Below are positions 51,633 through 62,572 of a stretch of DNA of 64,000 nucleotides, one piece after another. The translations under genes were made by a program, and so were the position numbers. Origin of the DNA: an uncultured Nitrospinota bacterium (lineage in GTDB: Bacteria > Tectomicrobia > Entotheonellia > J063 > CAVPRW01); the NCBI GenBank assembly GCA_963707985.1, contig CAVPRW010000007.1, positions 32,001 to 96,000 of the forward strand, read 5' to 3'. How positions within the stretch are numbered: the first letter of the stretch is position 1; each line of letters starts with the position of its first letter. The notes beneath the pieces were generated by a model. It searched no databases, was not told the DNA's origin, and was given only the letters and a program-made list of their open reading frames with translations.

Positions 51633-52937
51633 GTGAACAGTATGAAAACACCACGCAAGCGTCTTGGCATCCTGGTAGGAGGGGGACCGGCCCCGGGTAT
51701 TAACAGTGCCATCAGTGCCACGGTAATCGAGGCAGTGAATGAAGACATCGAGGTCATCGGCATCTACGATGGTTACGAACATCTGATTCAGGGGCGCACT
51801 GACATGGTCCGCCCGTTGACGATTGAAGGGGTGTCGCGCATTCATTTTCAGGGAGGATCGATCCTCCGCACCTCCCGTGCAAATCCCACACGCCACCCTG
51901 ACGATATGCAACGCACACTGCAAGCCATACAAGCATTAGGCATCAGTGCGCTGGTGACCATCGGCGGCGATGATACGGCGTTCGCGGCCTCGGAGGTGGC
52001 CAACGCTTCCAACGGGGTGGTGCGTGTGGCTCATATCCCGAAGACCATCGATAACGATCTGCCGCTTCCGGGGGGGGTGTCGACCTTTGGCTTCGAGACT
52101 GCCCGTCACGTTGGCACGCAGTTAGTCCGCAACCTGATGGAGGATGCGCGGACCACCAACCGCTGGAACTTCGTGGTCGTCATGGGACGTAAGGCCGGGC
52201 ATCTGGCGCTTGGCATTGGCAAGGCAGCTGGCGCCACGCTGACGATCATTCCTGAGGAGTTCCCCGAAGAACGCATCCGTCTGCATGAGGTCAGTCGCAT
52301 GTTGGAGGCGGCTATTTTGAAACGCCGGGTGATGGGCCGTGAGCATGGGGTGGCGATCATCGCCGAAGGCATCAGCGAAAAGCTCGACCCTGAGGAACTG
52401 GCGAGTATGCCAGGGGTCGAGATGGTCTATGACCCTTATGGCCATATACGGTTAGGGGAGATTCCTCTGACGACCATCTTGAAGCGCCAGGTACAGGACC
52501 ATTTCGCCGCACGTCACGATAAACTTTCTATCGTGGATGTCACCCTCGGGTACGAGCTAAGGTGCGCCCAGGCCATCCCCTACGATGTTGACTACACGCG
52601 TACCCTGGGCTATGGAGCGGTGCGGTTTCTGCTTTCTGAGCCGGCAGACGGGCGTACGCGTCATGCCGGCTTCATCTGTGTCGAAGGCGGGCACTTGAAT
52701 GTCCTGCCCTTCGATGATTTGCGTGATCCCGCTACCGGCCGTATCCGCGTGAGAACTGTGGATGTGCGCTCGGAGCATTACCATGTCGCCCGCAAGTATA
52801 TGATCCGTCTGGAGCAAAACGATCTCGATGACACCGACATGTGCGCCAAACTGGCGGCCGCGGCTCACATGACACCTGAGATGTTCCTGAGCGCATATGG
52901 CCCTGCTGTCACCGCGCCAGAGGGATGGTCTCCATGA
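51633..52937 (+). CDS. pfp: Pyrophosphate-dependent 6-phosphofructokinase
   Basis: GGGPAPG, GGDD (Asp typical of PPi users), PKTIDND, MGR, GYELRC. Confidence 0.85.
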   Translation: MNSMKTPRKRLGILVGGGPAPGINSAISATVIEAVNEDIEVIGIYDGYEHLIQGRTDMVRPLTIEGVSRIHFQGGSILRTSRANPTRHPDDMQRTLQAIQALGISALVTIGGDDTAFAASEVANASNGVVRVAHIPKTIDNDLPLPGGVSTFGFETARHVGTQLVRNLMEDARTTNRWNFVVVMGRKAGHLALGIGKAAGATLTIIPEEFPEERIRLHEVSRMLEAAILKRRVMGREHGVAIIAEGISEKLDPEELASMPGVEMVYDPYGHIRLGEIPLTTILKRQVQDHFAARHDKLSIVDVTLGYELRCAQAIPYDVDYTRTLGYGAVRFLLSEPADGRTRHAGFICVEGGHLNVLPFDDLRDPATGRIRVRTVDVRSEHYHVARKYMIRLEQNDLDDTDMCAKLAAAAHMTPEMFLSAYGPAVTAPEGWSP

Positions 52938-53240
52938 ACGTGCCGGTCTGCAGCGGCAGCCGTTCGTCCCTGACATGTCCAGTGATGAGGCCTGTGGCAA
53001 CACTGCTGCATGATCGACCGGAGCCATAGAGAGGTCTCCGAGGTTTTCATGCGTATGGCCGCACGCTCTTCAGGATGGAGCCAGGCGGAACACTACGCAG
53101 GCATATTTTTGCCTTGACGCCTATAACCTCGCCAGGTAATGTTGCGGTGGGACAGCGAAGGGAATCGTCGAACCACGGTGCTTTTGTTTTACCGCGGCGC
53201 AGTCATTTCCCAAACGTGGTGTCGACCACAGGAGGGGGAT

Positions 53241-53360
53241 ATGGACGACAGCGGCCAGCCTGAGCATCCACGAGGCGCACTTCTGTTTATCCTGATCTAC
53301 CTGTTACTTCTCGTAGCACTGTGGATTCACGTCTATCTCCGTCTCTGGGTAAAGGGGTAA
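53241..53360 (+). CDS. cbaD: ba3-type cytochrome c oxidase subunit IIa
   Basis: 39 aa single TM PRGAL.....L....W..VY directly upstream of subunit II; GGAGG RBS. Confidence 0.8.
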   Translation: MDDSGQPEHPRGALLFILIYLLLLVALWIHVYLRLWVKG

Positions 53361-53367
53361 GCCAGCG

Positions 53368-53856
53368 ATGATGCGCGGCACCACGATTTATCTCTACGAG
53401 TTGGCGTGGATTTTACCCAGCGTGGCGATCCCCGTCGGGATGTTGGTGGCCCTGATGGTCACGGCCTTTGGGGCGGGAATCCATGTCCCGAGTGATGAAG
53501 GCCGCATCGACCCTACCAAAGTGGCGGAGACCGCTCCATTTAATGAGCCCGGCGTGGTCGAGGTGGCACCTGGACACTATGAGGTCCGCCTGGTGGCTGG
53601 CATCTGGGTCTTTACACCGAACGAGATTCGTGTCCCTGTGGGCTCGAAACTCACCTTTGTCGCCACCAGCCGCGATGTGATCCACGGTTTTTCACTCCAC
53701 GACGCCAATGTGAACCTGATGCTGCTACCGGGACGTGTGGCACGCGCCACAGCCCAATTCGACCGTCCGGGCGAGCATCTGTTCATCTGTCATGAATACT
53801 GTGGCATCGCGCACCACACGATGTTCGGGAGGGTGATCGTCGAAGAACGTCGCTAA
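53368..53856 (+). CDS. cbaB: ba3-type cytochrome c oxidase subunit II (CuA)
   Basis: YE..W N-terminus, one TM, DVIHGF, CHEYCGIAHHTM. Confidence 0.92.
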   Translation: MMRGTTIYLYELAWILPSVAIPVGMLVALMVTAFGAGIHVPSDEGRIDPTKVAETAPFNEPGVVEVAPGHYEVRLVAGIWVFTPNEIRVPVGSKLTFVATSRDVIHGFSLHDANVNLMLLPGRVARATAQFDRPGEHLFICHEYCGIAHHTMFGRVIVEERR

Positions 53857-53879
53857 GACGGCAACATGGGGAGACAGCC

Positions 53880-55541
53880 ATGGTGAGCGGCCAGAGTGCT
53901 GCGGAGGGGTTCAAGTCGGAGAATCAGCTGACGGCTGCGTACCTAATTGTCGCACATGTGGCACTGTTCATCGGCGTCGTCTTGGGTCTGTTCCAAGCGC
54001 TCGAATACGTCGGCATCAACCTCTACTCGTTGGTCTCCCCGCTGATTCAGTCCTATTACCATGGTCTTAGCCTGCACGGTGTGTTGAACGTACTGGTGTG
54101 GACTACTTTCTTCATCAGTGGCTTTCTAACCTTCGTCACCGTCCGCGCTCTCGGCACGCCGCTGCAAGGCATGGTGCTTGGCTGGACGGCGTTTGCCGTC
54201 ATGGTTGCCGGCCTCGTCATCACAGCCGTGCCGCTGCTGAGCAATCAAGCCACCGTGATGTTCACCTTTTACCCGCCGATGAAGGCCCATGGAGCTTTTT
54301 ATCTCGGGTTGACCTTGGTAGTAGCGGCTACATGGCTGGTCGCGCTCAATCTGTATCGCACGTACAATGCCTGGCGCGCGAAACACCCAGACGATTGGAC
54401 ACCACTGGGGGCGTTCATGGCGCTGATCACGTTCACGATGTGGACCATCGCCTCCGTGGGTATTGCCGCCGAGATGCTGTTCATGCTTCTGCCCTGGTCG
54501 TTTGGCTGGATTCAAGGCACCGATGCGCTGCTGGCCCGCACCCTGTTCTGGTTCACCGGCCATCCCATCGTCTACTTTTGGCTCCTACCAGCGTACATTT
54601 CGTGGTACACGATGGTGCCGAAACAAGCAGGAGGCCGACTCTTCAGCGACCCCATGGCACGCGCCTCGTTCATTCTGTTTCTGATACTCTCCATCCCTGT
54701 CGGTATCCATCATCAATACGCCGACCCCGGCATTCACCGAAGCTGGAAGTTGTTCCATGCCTTTTTGACCTTTGCGGTGTTTTTCCCCAGTCTGCTGACC
54801 TTTTTCAACGTCGTCGCCTCTCTGGAAAACGGGGCACGGGCGCGTGGTGGCCGGGGATTGGTGTGGTGGTTTGGCAAGCTCCCTTGGAACGATCCCTCGC
54901 TGGTCGCACAAGTGCTGGCCATGCTGATGTTCGCCCTTGGCGGTATTAGCGGCCTTATCAATGCTTCGTACAACGTCAATTTGGTGGTCCACAACACGGC
55001 GTGGGTCCCCGGACACTTCCATCTGACGGTGGGGACGGCAGTGACGCTGACGTACATGGGGATTTCGTACTGGTTAGTGCCGTACCTTCGGGGTCGGGAG
55101 CTGTGGAATCGGCCACTAGCGCTGGTACAAGCCTGGCTGTGGTTTGTCGGTATGGGCATCTTCTCTCACTCGATGCATCGTTTGGGGCTGATGGGCATGC
55201 CCCGTCGGACGATGATCGGCTCGGCCACCTATCTTGGCCTGCAACCGAATTGGCAGGCTGACCTGCCGATGGTGGCCCTAGGCGGCACTCTCCTATTTAT
55301 CAGTGCGCTCTTCTATTTCATCAATATCGTTATGACAATGACCGTGTCCCGCCGACCGGCGATTGTCGACATGCCTGTGGCCGAAGCGATCTCAGGTCCA
55401 GAAGAAGCTCCACGCATCCTCGACCGATGGTGGCCGTGGCTCGCCATTGCTGGTCTCCTGATCCTGTTGGCATATGGACCGACCATCGCCCAACTGGTCA
55501 GCACCACCCCACTCAACTCCCCTGGCTATCGTGTCTGGTGA
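53880..55541 (+). CDS. cbaA: B-family heme-copper oxygen reductase subunit I (ba3-type)
   Basis: LHGVLN, GHPIVYFWLLPAY, GIHHQ, PSLLT, GHFH, GMPRR. Confidence 0.94.
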   Translation: MVSGQSAAEGFKSENQLTAAYLIVAHVALFIGVVLGLFQALEYVGINLYSLVSPLIQSYYHGLSLHGVLNVLVWTTFFISGFLTFVTVRALGTPLQGMVLGWTAFAVMVAGLVITAVPLLSNQATVMFTFYPPMKAHGAFYLGLTLVVAATWLVALNLYRTYNAWRAKHPDDWTPLGAFMALITFTMWTIASVGIAAEMLFMLLPWSFGWIQGTDALLARTLFWFTGHPIVYFWLLPAYISWYTMVPKQAGGRLFSDPMARASFILFLILSIPVGIHHQYADPGIHRSWKLFHAFLTFAVFFPSLLTFFNVVASLENGARARGGRGLVWWFGKLPWNDPSLVAQVLAMLMFALGGISGLINASYNVNLVVHNTAWVPGHFHLTVGTAVTLTYMGISYWLVPYLRGRELWNRPLALVQAWLWFVGMGIFSHSMHRLGLMGMPRRTMIGSATYLGLQPNWQADLPMVALGGTLLFISALFYFINIVMTMTVSRRPAIVDMPVAEAISGPEEAPRILDRWWPWLAIAGLLILLAYGPTIAQLVSTTPLNSPGYRVW

Positions 55542-55770
55542 CCTCAGGGGCATTTCACCTTCCGGCTCGGTTTCCAGGAGTTCCGTCGGAATGGTGCCGG
55601 TTTGGCCCGATGCCCACGCCAGTCCTCCACGATTTCTTATGGGCTCGGGTTGACTCCGGCGGCTATTGCCCTGGACGCTGCTAGCGAGCCGCTGCGTAAG
55701 GTCAGGCCTCGTGTAACGTATTTCATGTCAGCATGGGGTATTATGTCCCATAGGGAGGCAAAGCGCCCCA

Positions 55771-55784
55771 TTGACGTTATTCAA
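55771..55784. promoter_or_regulatory. FNR/Crp-like box
   Basis: TTGAC-N4-TTCAA (consensus TTGAT-N4-ATCAA) upstream of the USP gene. Confidence 0.35.
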
Positions 55785-56050
55785 GGTAACCAGCTCTGCG
55801 ATCAGCCGTTTGTGCCGTCCCAGTGTGGGCAATCCCTGGAGCGTCGCTGCGCTGATCTCTCGTGAGGACTTGTTTATGAGAAGCTTGTGTTCCGGGCACA
55901 GAGCTTGCTCTACAGTTCACCATGAGAGGTGATGGTGGCAGAACTTCATGATGACAATCGACCCAGGGAAGCACTGTATAGACCGGCTTGGAGGACGATT
56001 TCAGGAGAACCGTGAGCACTGGTCCCCCTGCGTGACAGGAGAACAGTTGT

Positions 56051-56503
56051 ATGAACATTCAGCGTATCCTGGCTCCCACTGATTTTTCAGAACTTTCAAA
56101 ACAGGGCCTGACAAGTGCCCTGGAGCTGGCAGAAACATTTGGCGCCAAGCTCCTGCTGCTGCATGTTGTTGAGCCGCCGACGTATCCCGTAGAAGGGATC
56201 ATGCCGTCGCAGTTGGGGACGACGATGCTCGATGATCTGGAACGCCAGGCGAGTAGGGATCTCGCCCAGATGCTGTCCGAAACGCATGGTAGTAAAGTCG
56301 AGGTCACGCGCCGTGTGGTAGCCGGCATCCCCTATCGCAAGATCGTCGAAGTTGCGGAAGAGGAGAAGAGCGATTTAATCGTCATGACGACACATGGGCG
56401 GACAGGTTTCAGTCACCTGGTCATGGGCAGCGTCACCGAAAAAATTGTCCGCACGGCGCCATGCCCCGTGTTGACGATACGGCCGACCTCCGTAACCGCC
56501 TAG
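56051..56503 (+). CDS. Universal stress protein
   Basis: ILAPTDFS, DLIVMTTHGRTG..HLVMGSVTEKIVRTAPCPVL. Confidence 0.93.
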   Translation: MNIQRILAPTDFSELSKQGLTSALELAETFGAKLLLLHVVEPPTYPVEGIMPSQLGTTMLDDLERQASRDLAQMLSETHGSKVEVTRRVVAGIPYRKIVEVAEEEKSDLIVMTTHGRTGFSHLVMGSVTEKIVRTAPCPVLTIRPTSVTA

Positions 56504-56688
56504 TCGGCAGTTCGGGCGCTTGGCAAATCAGTTGGCTGATGTTCCTGGGGTATCTGCATGCAAAGGAGATGAATGGTTCATCGACGACAACGACGTGCGG
56601 TTTGACCCAGTGTGCAAGGGGCAAATGGAATTTATCCAGCGCCAGGCGTCAAGGTAGTATGACGTAGCTTATGAGGGAAGGAGCACTG

Positions 56689-57189
56689 ATGGATAGCCAA
56701 CGACCAATTCCCACTTCGCACCAGAGTCGGCAAAATCGGTTCATTCAAGAACGTGAACATGACCCCTACATGTCCAAGAGTAAGTTGCCTGAACCGACGG
56801 TTTGCCCGCACTGCCAGGCGGTGTACCATCAAGGTCGGTGGACATGGACTCCCCGCCCAGCCTCGGCCCATGAGGAGATATGCCCTGCCTGTCTCCGTAT
56901 CCGTGACCAATACCCCGCTGGCTATCTCACCTTGAGTGGTATTTATCTGCAGGAGCATAAAACAGATATCATCAATTTGGCGCATAATGAGGAGGCCGCC
57001 GAGAAAGCCGAACATCCCCTCCATCGCATCATGGCTGTTGAGGAAGAGGCCGACCAAATTATCATTACTACCACTGATATCCATCTGCCACGCCGTATAG
57101 GCGAAGCACTGCACCGCGCCCATCACGGCGAGTTGGACTTTCATTACGAGGCGGAAGGTATTCCTCTACGCGTGCATTGGCAACGCTAG
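56689..57189 (+). CDS. BCAM0308-like protein with two CxxC motifs
   Basis: HDPY, CPHCQAVY..GRWTW, CPAC.RIRD.YPAG, EHPL.RIM, TTD.HL.RRIG.AL. Confidence 0.8.
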   Translation: MDSQRPIPTSHQSRQNRFIQEREHDPYMSKSKLPEPTVCPHCQAVYHQGRWTWTPRPASAHEEICPACLRIRDQYPAGYLTLSGIYLQEHKTDIINLAHNEEAAEKAEHPLHRIMAVEEEADQIIITTTDIHLPRRIGEALHRAHHGELDFHYEAEGIPLRVHWQR

Positions 57190-57461
57190 GTCGCAGATCA
57201 ACGCCGGATGAGGTTGTGATGACACCATAGGTATCAACAGGGCTGATCGAGGTCCTCCGCTTGCTTGTTTTGGGGTACGACCTCATTCCGGCAGATCGAC
57301 CACATAGCACAAAAAGGTCACGTTTCGGTGACAATGCCAACCAGGGTGTGTCATTGCCCCACCTGGCAGGCAACCGATCTCCTGCCCTAGCGTTTAGCCG
57401 CACAACTTCCTGGATCGTGGCATCGGCTGAAATCATCATTACCGGCTCACCAACGATCGCA

Positions 57462-57761
57462 CTACGTCATACTACGCGAGACCTCGACGGCGCGTGTGCG
57501 ATAAGCCTCCTCGCAGCTTTTCGCCTGCACACCGCGCGGTTCGAGCCATCGGCAGCGCACTTCTTGACGGTCGATATCCGCTAGCAGCGAACCGATGACC
57601 TCATCTAAATTGCCAAGAGAGAAGCTGCGTCCTTCATAGTACACCACTGGTGGATTGGCATAGGGCTCCACCCAAACCTCATACTGGCCTCCACCCATGG
57701 TAACCTCGAGACTCTCCCCATGCAAAAGCCGTCGTTTTAGCTCTTCTCGATCGAATGCCAT
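57462..57761 (-). CDS. Hypothetical protein (99 aa)
   Basis: GAGGGAG RBS; sigma54-like promoter upstream. Confidence 0.6.
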   Translation of the reverse strand: MAFDREELKRRLLHGESLEVTMGGGQYEVWVEPYANPPVVYYEGRSFSLGNLDEVIGSLLADIDRQEVRCRWLEPRGVQAKSCEEAYRTRAVEVSRSMT

Positions 57762-57869
57762 CAACGTCTCCCTCAGGGTTGCTGCGCAAGTAGTCCGTTG
57801 AGCTCCCGCGCCCCTCTCCCTATGTTAGGACCCTGTTTCGTCCTTCTCCAGCCCTGATCGGCATACTCG

Positions 57870-57885
57870 TGCAAAGTCGATGCCT
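57870..57885 (-). promoter_or_regulatory. Sigma54 -24/-12 promoter candidate
   Basis: AGGCATCGACTTTGCA on minus, GG-N10-GC. Confidence 0.5.
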
Positions 57886-57946
57886 CGGTAAACAGGCCAT
57901 GCAACCGCTACGTTTGTTATGCCTTTGGAGGAGAAAGCGTTTGGGG

Positions 57947-58019
57947 TGTCGCGTTTCCGGACACAATCGACAGCGTGATTACGCTACATACGACGAGATG
58001 ATTGTCGTGAAACGCGACG
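57947..58019. promoter_or_regulatory. Pair of palindromic operator-like sites, inverted relative to each other
   Basis: TGTCGCGTTTCCGGACA (57947-57963) and TGTCGTGAAACGCGACG (58003-58019); both approximate TGTCG-N7-CGACA. Confidence 0.5.
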
Positions 58020-58260
58020 AAACCGCCCGTCTCAGGACATCACCTTTAACTAGGTCAGTTCGGCGTACCGCTCCGGAAAACCGCCTATAGCAGCGCCTGA
58101 GACGTAAGCGCCAGTGCAGGGCAAAAGTCTTGCACTAAAGCAGGCCATGAGACGAACACCGATAGCCTCATAATCACAGAGTCCTATAACCGAGGAGCCA
58201 CAGACAGTACCTCTAGCTCGTTTGCTACTCGATTCGAGCCATAGAAAGACGAGGTCTAGG

Positions 58261-59064
58261 GTGGATCGACCTGTACAAGATGCCTCTTCGACCACAATCC
58301 CGGTCATAGCCCGTCTTGACGTCAACGACTTCCATCGACGCTGGCAGGCCGCCCGAGTTGCCGCTCTGCAGCAATTCTTCGGAGGGGCTTCAGACGAGCC
58401 CACTGCCAACGAACTCGCCATGCTGCAACAAATCCCGCCCACACAGTCTGCCAATGTGCTGAAGGCGGTATATGACAACGCCCGCAAATTAGGGCACAGT
58501 GCGCTGCGCTACTTCGCGTTGTTATGGGACATCCTTGATGTCCGTGACGTGCTTTCTGGTGCTGGCGTCCCCTGTATGCAAGGACAGTGGAGCAGCGACG
58601 GACAACACACCGTGGTGGAACGTCGTGGATGCAGCGTGCCACAACAGTGCGGCACGCTGGGCTGTGATTACTGGAACGAAGCGATCGATGGGCTGCTCAT
58701 GGGTCTGGGAGACGAAGTACGTCATATGCGCCACCGCAGTGCCGGTCACGGTGACGATTTCTGCCGTGACGCCTTCGCTCCACGCGCCCAAGACGGTGCG
58801 GCGTATGGCCCCCTGCCTGAACACCTGGTGCCTTTTTTTGCCAACCTAGAGCAACGGTTTGCATCTGAAACTTTCCGGGTCACCTTTGTCGGCTATGCCG
58901 CGGGGGTGGTTTACTACGAAGCAACAGCACGCGGCGCCGGTTGTGGGGGACAGATCTGGCACACAATGCTGCAAGCTATTGTGGCGAGGACCTATCCCAC
59001 ATTCCGAATGCAAGACGTTTCACCTGCCTCCATATTGGGCCGAGAAGAGAACGCCACAGGATGA
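58261..59064 (+). CDS. Cys-rich hypothetical protein (V4R-like middle, Nfu-like C-terminus)
   Basis: C..C..C..CDYW.EAIDGL..G; RHRSAGHGDDFCRD; VTFVGY..GVVYY...GAGCGG; stop overlaps ATG 59061; start uncertain. Confidence 0.7.
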   Translation: MDRPVQDASSTTIPVIARLDVNDFHRRWQAARVAALQQFFGGASDEPTANELAMLQQIPPTQSANVLKAVYDNARKLGHSALRYFALLWDILDVRDVLSGAGVPCMQGQWSSDGQHTVVERRGCSVPQQCGTLGCDYWNEAIDGLLMGLGDEVRHMRHRSAGHGDDFCRDAFAPRAQDGAAYGPLPEHLVPFFANLEQRFASETFRVTFVGYAAGVVYYEATARGAGCGGQIWHTMLQAIVARTYPTFRMQDVSPASILGREENATG

Positions 59065-62000
59065 GGAAAGAACAGATGAAAGAGGAGACGAAGGTGCAAT
59101 TGAGCCGACGGCAAATCCTCAAAGGCATCGCCGTGTTGGGCGCTACAACGCTCGCGGAAAGAGCTTTTGGCGCTCCCATTCGGTATTTCAAACCGCTGCA
59201 GATTGACAATCCGCTTGCCTACTACCCCAATCGTGACTGGGAGCAAGTCTATCGCAATCTGTTTAAGCCGGATTCGTCTTTTGTCTTTCTGTGTGCGCCG
59301 AACGATACGCACAACTGTTTGCTCAAAGCCTACGTGAAGAACAACGTGGTCGTGCGGATCGGTCCAACGTATGGGTACGGCAAAGCGACCGATCTCTATG
59401 GCAACACCGCGTCGCATCGGTGGGACCCGCGCCTGTGTCAAAAGGGTCTCGCGCTGCCCCGACGCATTTACGGCGACCGCCGCTTGAAAGCTCCCATGGT
59501 GCGCCGTGGGTTTAAGGACTGGGTGGACGCTGGCTTTCCGCGCGATGCGGTCACGGGTCAGCCCGATCCGACGTATTTCCAGCGCGGTACAGACGGCTGG
59601 CTGCGGATGAGTTGGGACGACGCCTACGCCATGGCGGCCAAGGCGTTCGAGAACATTGCCCGCACCTATTCGGGAGCGCAGGGCGCAGCCTATCTGCAGC
59701 AACAACGGTATGACCCGGCCATGATCGAAGCCCTTGAAGGCGCTGGCACGCAAACCATCAAGGTGCGCGGCGGCATGGCGTTTCTCGGTGCCACACGGAT
59801 TTATGGTTTGTATCGTTTCGCGAATATGCTGGCGCTCCTCGATGGCAAGATTCGCGGCGTTGGGGCTGACCAGGCGCATGGGGCACGTGGCTGGGATAGT
59901 TACAGTTGGCACACCGACCTGCCGCCTGGTCACCCCATGGTGACAGGGGTGCAAACGAATGATTTTGATCTGTTTGCCGTGGAGTATGCGAAGCTGGTGC
60001 TAGTGTGGGGGATGAACTGGATCACCACGAAGATGCCAGACTCGCACTGGCTCACGGAAGCGCGGTTGAAGGGCACACAAGTTGTCAACATCAGTGTCGA
60101 GTACGGCGCCACCGCTTCAAAAGCAGATGATGTTGTGGTCATTCGTCCGGGCACTGACCCGGCGTTTGCCCTGGGTCTGGCACAGGTCATTCTCTCCAAG
60201 AACCTGTTTGACGCCGATTTTGTTGCCAGAAACACCGACCTGCCCTTCTTAGTCCGTCTCGATACGCTACAGCCTCTGCGTCCAGAGGAGGTGTTCGACA
60301 ATTATCATGCCCCAACATTGGCGAGTGTGAGTTTTGTCAAACCCGGCGAGAAGACTCCACCAGTGACGCTACAGACGGGCCAATACGCGGTGGAGACCAT
60401 GCAGGCTGACTTCCAATCCTACGTCGTCTGGGACAAAAACGGTCACAAATTGGTGGCGGTGACCCGGGATGAGTGGGGTGAACACTTTACTAAACTGGGA
60501 GTGACTCCCGAGTTACGCGCCGCACAAACTCTCAAGCTGCGCGATGGCACGGGGCTACAGGTTCGGACGGTCTTCAGCCTGACGGAAGAGTATGTCAACG
60601 AGAACTTTACCCCTCCCCAGACAGCGTCAATTACCGGGGCGCCAGCAGAGGCCGTCGTCAAACTTGCTGAACAGATCGCCCGCAACCGCGAGAAAACCTT
60701 GTTCGTCATGGGCATGGGACCGAATCAGTTTTTCAACGCTGACCTCAAGGATCGCGCCGTGTTTTTACTCGCCGCGCTCACACGCAACGTGGGTTTCCCG
60801 GGCGGGAATGTGGGGAGTTATGCGGGCAACTATCGTATAGCTATCTTCGGCGGAGCGCCGCTCTTTGGGGTGGAAGACCCCTTCAACGTGCAGACCCAGC
60901 CAGGCGGTGCGATCGCCGTCAAAAAATACTCGTCGTATGAGTCGCTGCATTACTACAACTATGGCGACCGTCCGCTCCGCGTGGGCAACACGCTGTTTAC
61001 CGGCACAGGGCACCTCCCCGTACCAACCAAGGCGATGTGGTTAAACAACTCCAACTCCGTCATTGGCAATGTGAAGTGGCTCTATGATGTGGTGAACAAT
61101 ACGCTGCCGAAAATCGAGTTCATTGCGTTCTCTGACTGGTGGTGGACTGGCTCGTGTGAGCATGCGGATCTGGTCTTTGCTGTCGATAGTTGGGCAGAGT
61201 TCAAGCACCTTGACATGACCGCGTCCTGCACCAATCCGTTTGTGCAGGTCTATCCGACCACGCCGCTGCCGCGCATCTTCGACACCAAATCGGATATCGA
61301 GGTGATCGCGCACGTAGCCAAAGCGCTTGGAGACCGCATCCATGAGCCGCGCATGGCTGCTATGTGGCAGTTTGTGTTTGACAACAATGTCGAGGCGTAT
61401 CTGCAGCGCATCATTGACAACTCACCGGGTTTAAAAGGGTATCAGATTACCGAGCTGGCGAAGAAAGCCGCAGAGGGCATTCCGGCGCTGGTGCACAACC
61501 GCACCTACCCGCGTCTCTCTTCGTATGAGGAGGCGCGCCAGGAAAAACCGTGGCACACCAAGTCGGGCCGTCTGGAATTCTATCGCCCAGAGCCTGAGTT
61601 CATCGACAGCGGTGAGAATCTGGTGGTCTACCGCGAGCCGATTGACTCAACGCCGTATGAGCCCAACGTCATTGTGGCCAAGCCGCATGCCGCGATTCGG
61701 CCAAAGACGCCAGGAGATTATGCACTTGACCCGCAGGACCTCTCGACCGAGGCCCGCCAGGTGCGCCACATCCTGGTTGCACCTGCAGCACTCCTGAACA
61801 CCTTACATCCGTTACGGGGGAAACTCTTTACGCATATTTACCATACTCCGAAATACCGCCACGGCGCCCACACCATGCCGGTCGATACCGACCTCACCAG
61901 CGTCTGGTTTGGTCCCTTTGGCGACGTGTACCGCCATGACAAACGGATGCCGGCCGTCACCGAAGGGTATGTGGACATCAATCCACTCGATGCCAAGGAA

Positions 62001-62552
62001 CTTGGTATCAATGACGGCGATTATGTGTGGATTGATGCCGATCCTGAGGACCGGCCGTATCGCGACTGGCAGGCCAACACCCAGGAATATAAGGTGGCCC
62101 GGCTCCTGCTGCGGGCCCGTTACTACCCTGGAACGCCACGTGGGGTGGCGCGCACCTGGCACAACATGTACAACGCGTCATTCGGCAGTGTGAAGGGTCA
62201 AGCAACACGACCCGATGGTCTGGCAAAGAATCCTGAGACGAACTACCAGGCTATGTACCGCTACGGTGGGCACCAGAGTGCCACGCGCGCCTGGCTCAAA
62301 CCCACCCTGATGACCGATACTCTCGTCCACAAGGATATGTTCGGGCAGGTCATTGCCAAGGGGTTTGCCGCCGACATCCACTGCCCCGTTGGGGCTCCAC
62401 GCGAAGCGTTTGTCAAGATTACCTGGGCGGAACCCGGTGGCATGGGCGGCACTGGAATATGGCGCCCCGCGGCCCTGGGCTTCCGACCAACCGTTGAGAA
62501 CACGGCCATGCAGGAATATTTGCAGGGACACTTTCTGCAGGTGAAATCGTAA
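59061..62552 (+). CDS. nxrA: Tat-exported type II DMSO-reductase-family molybdoenzyme alpha subunit, periplasmic nitrite oxidoreductase/nitrate reductase-like
   Basis: SRRQILK Tat motif; CAPNDTHNC...PRLCQKG FS0 motif; [10 protein letters not shown] with likely Mo-ligand Asp; TKSGRLEFY; alternative start 59076. Confidence 0.85.
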   Translation: MRKEQMKEETKVQLSRRQILKGIAVLGATTLAERAFGAPIRYFKPLQIDNPLAYYPNRDWEQVYRNLFKPDSSFVFLCAPNDTHNCLLKAYVKNNVVVRIGPTYGYGKATDLYGNTASHRWDPRLCQKGLALPRRIYGDRRLKAPMVRRGFKDWVDAGFPRDAVTGQPDPTYFQRGTDGWLRMSWDDAYAMAAKAFENIARTYSGAQGAAYLQQQRYDPAMIEALEGAGTQTIKVRGGMAFLGATRIYGLYRFANMLALLDGKIRGVGADQAHGARGWDSYSWHTDLPPGHPMVTGVQTNDFDLFAVEYAKLVLVWGMNWITTKMPDSHWLTEARLKGTQVVNISVEYGATASKADDVVVIRPGTDPAFALGLAQVILSKNLFDADFVARNTDLPFLVRLDTLQPLRPEEVFDNYHAPTLASVSFVKPGEKTPPVTLQTGQYAVETMQADFQSYVVWDKNGHKLVAVTRDEWGEHFTKLGVTPELRAAQTLKLRDGTGLQVRTVFSLTEEYVNENFTPPQTASITGAPAEAVVKLAEQIARNREKTLFVMGMGPNQFFNADLKDRAVFLLAALTRNVGFPGGNVGSYAGNYRIAIFGGAPLFGVEDPFNVQTQPGGAIAVKKYSSYESLHYYNYGDRPLRVGNTLFTGTGHLPVPTKAMWLNNSNSVIGNVKWLYDVVNNTLPKIEFIAFSDWWWTGSCEHADLVFAVDSWAEFKHLDMTASCTNPFVQVYPTTPLPRIFDTKSDIEVIAHVAKALGDRIHEPRMAAMWQFVFDNNVEAYLQRIIDNSPGLKGYQITELAKKAAEGIPALVHNRTYPRLSSYEEARQEKPWHTKSGRLEFYRPEPEFIDSGENLVVYREPIDSTPYEPNVIVAKPHAAIRPKTPGDYALDPQDLSTEARQVRHILVAPAALLNTLHPLRGKLFTHIYHTPKYRHGAHTMPVDTDLTSVWFGPFGDVYRHDKRMPAVTEGYVDINPLDAKELGINDGDYVWIDADPEDRPYRDWQANTQEYKVARLLLRARYYPGTPRGVARTWHNMYNASFGSVKGQATRPDGLAKNPETNYQAMYRYGGHQSATRAWLKPTLMTDTLVHKDMFGQVIAKGFAADIHCPVGAPREAFVKITWAEPGGMGGTGIWRPAALGFRPTVENTAMQEYLQGHFLQVKS

Positions 62553-62572
62553 CGGAGATGAGGGGGTGAGCT

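Noticed and set aside
53880..55541. Nitric oxide reductase variant of the heme-copper family
   Set aside because: Retains the HPIVY cross-link Tyr and a CuA subunit II as in ba3 O2 reductases.
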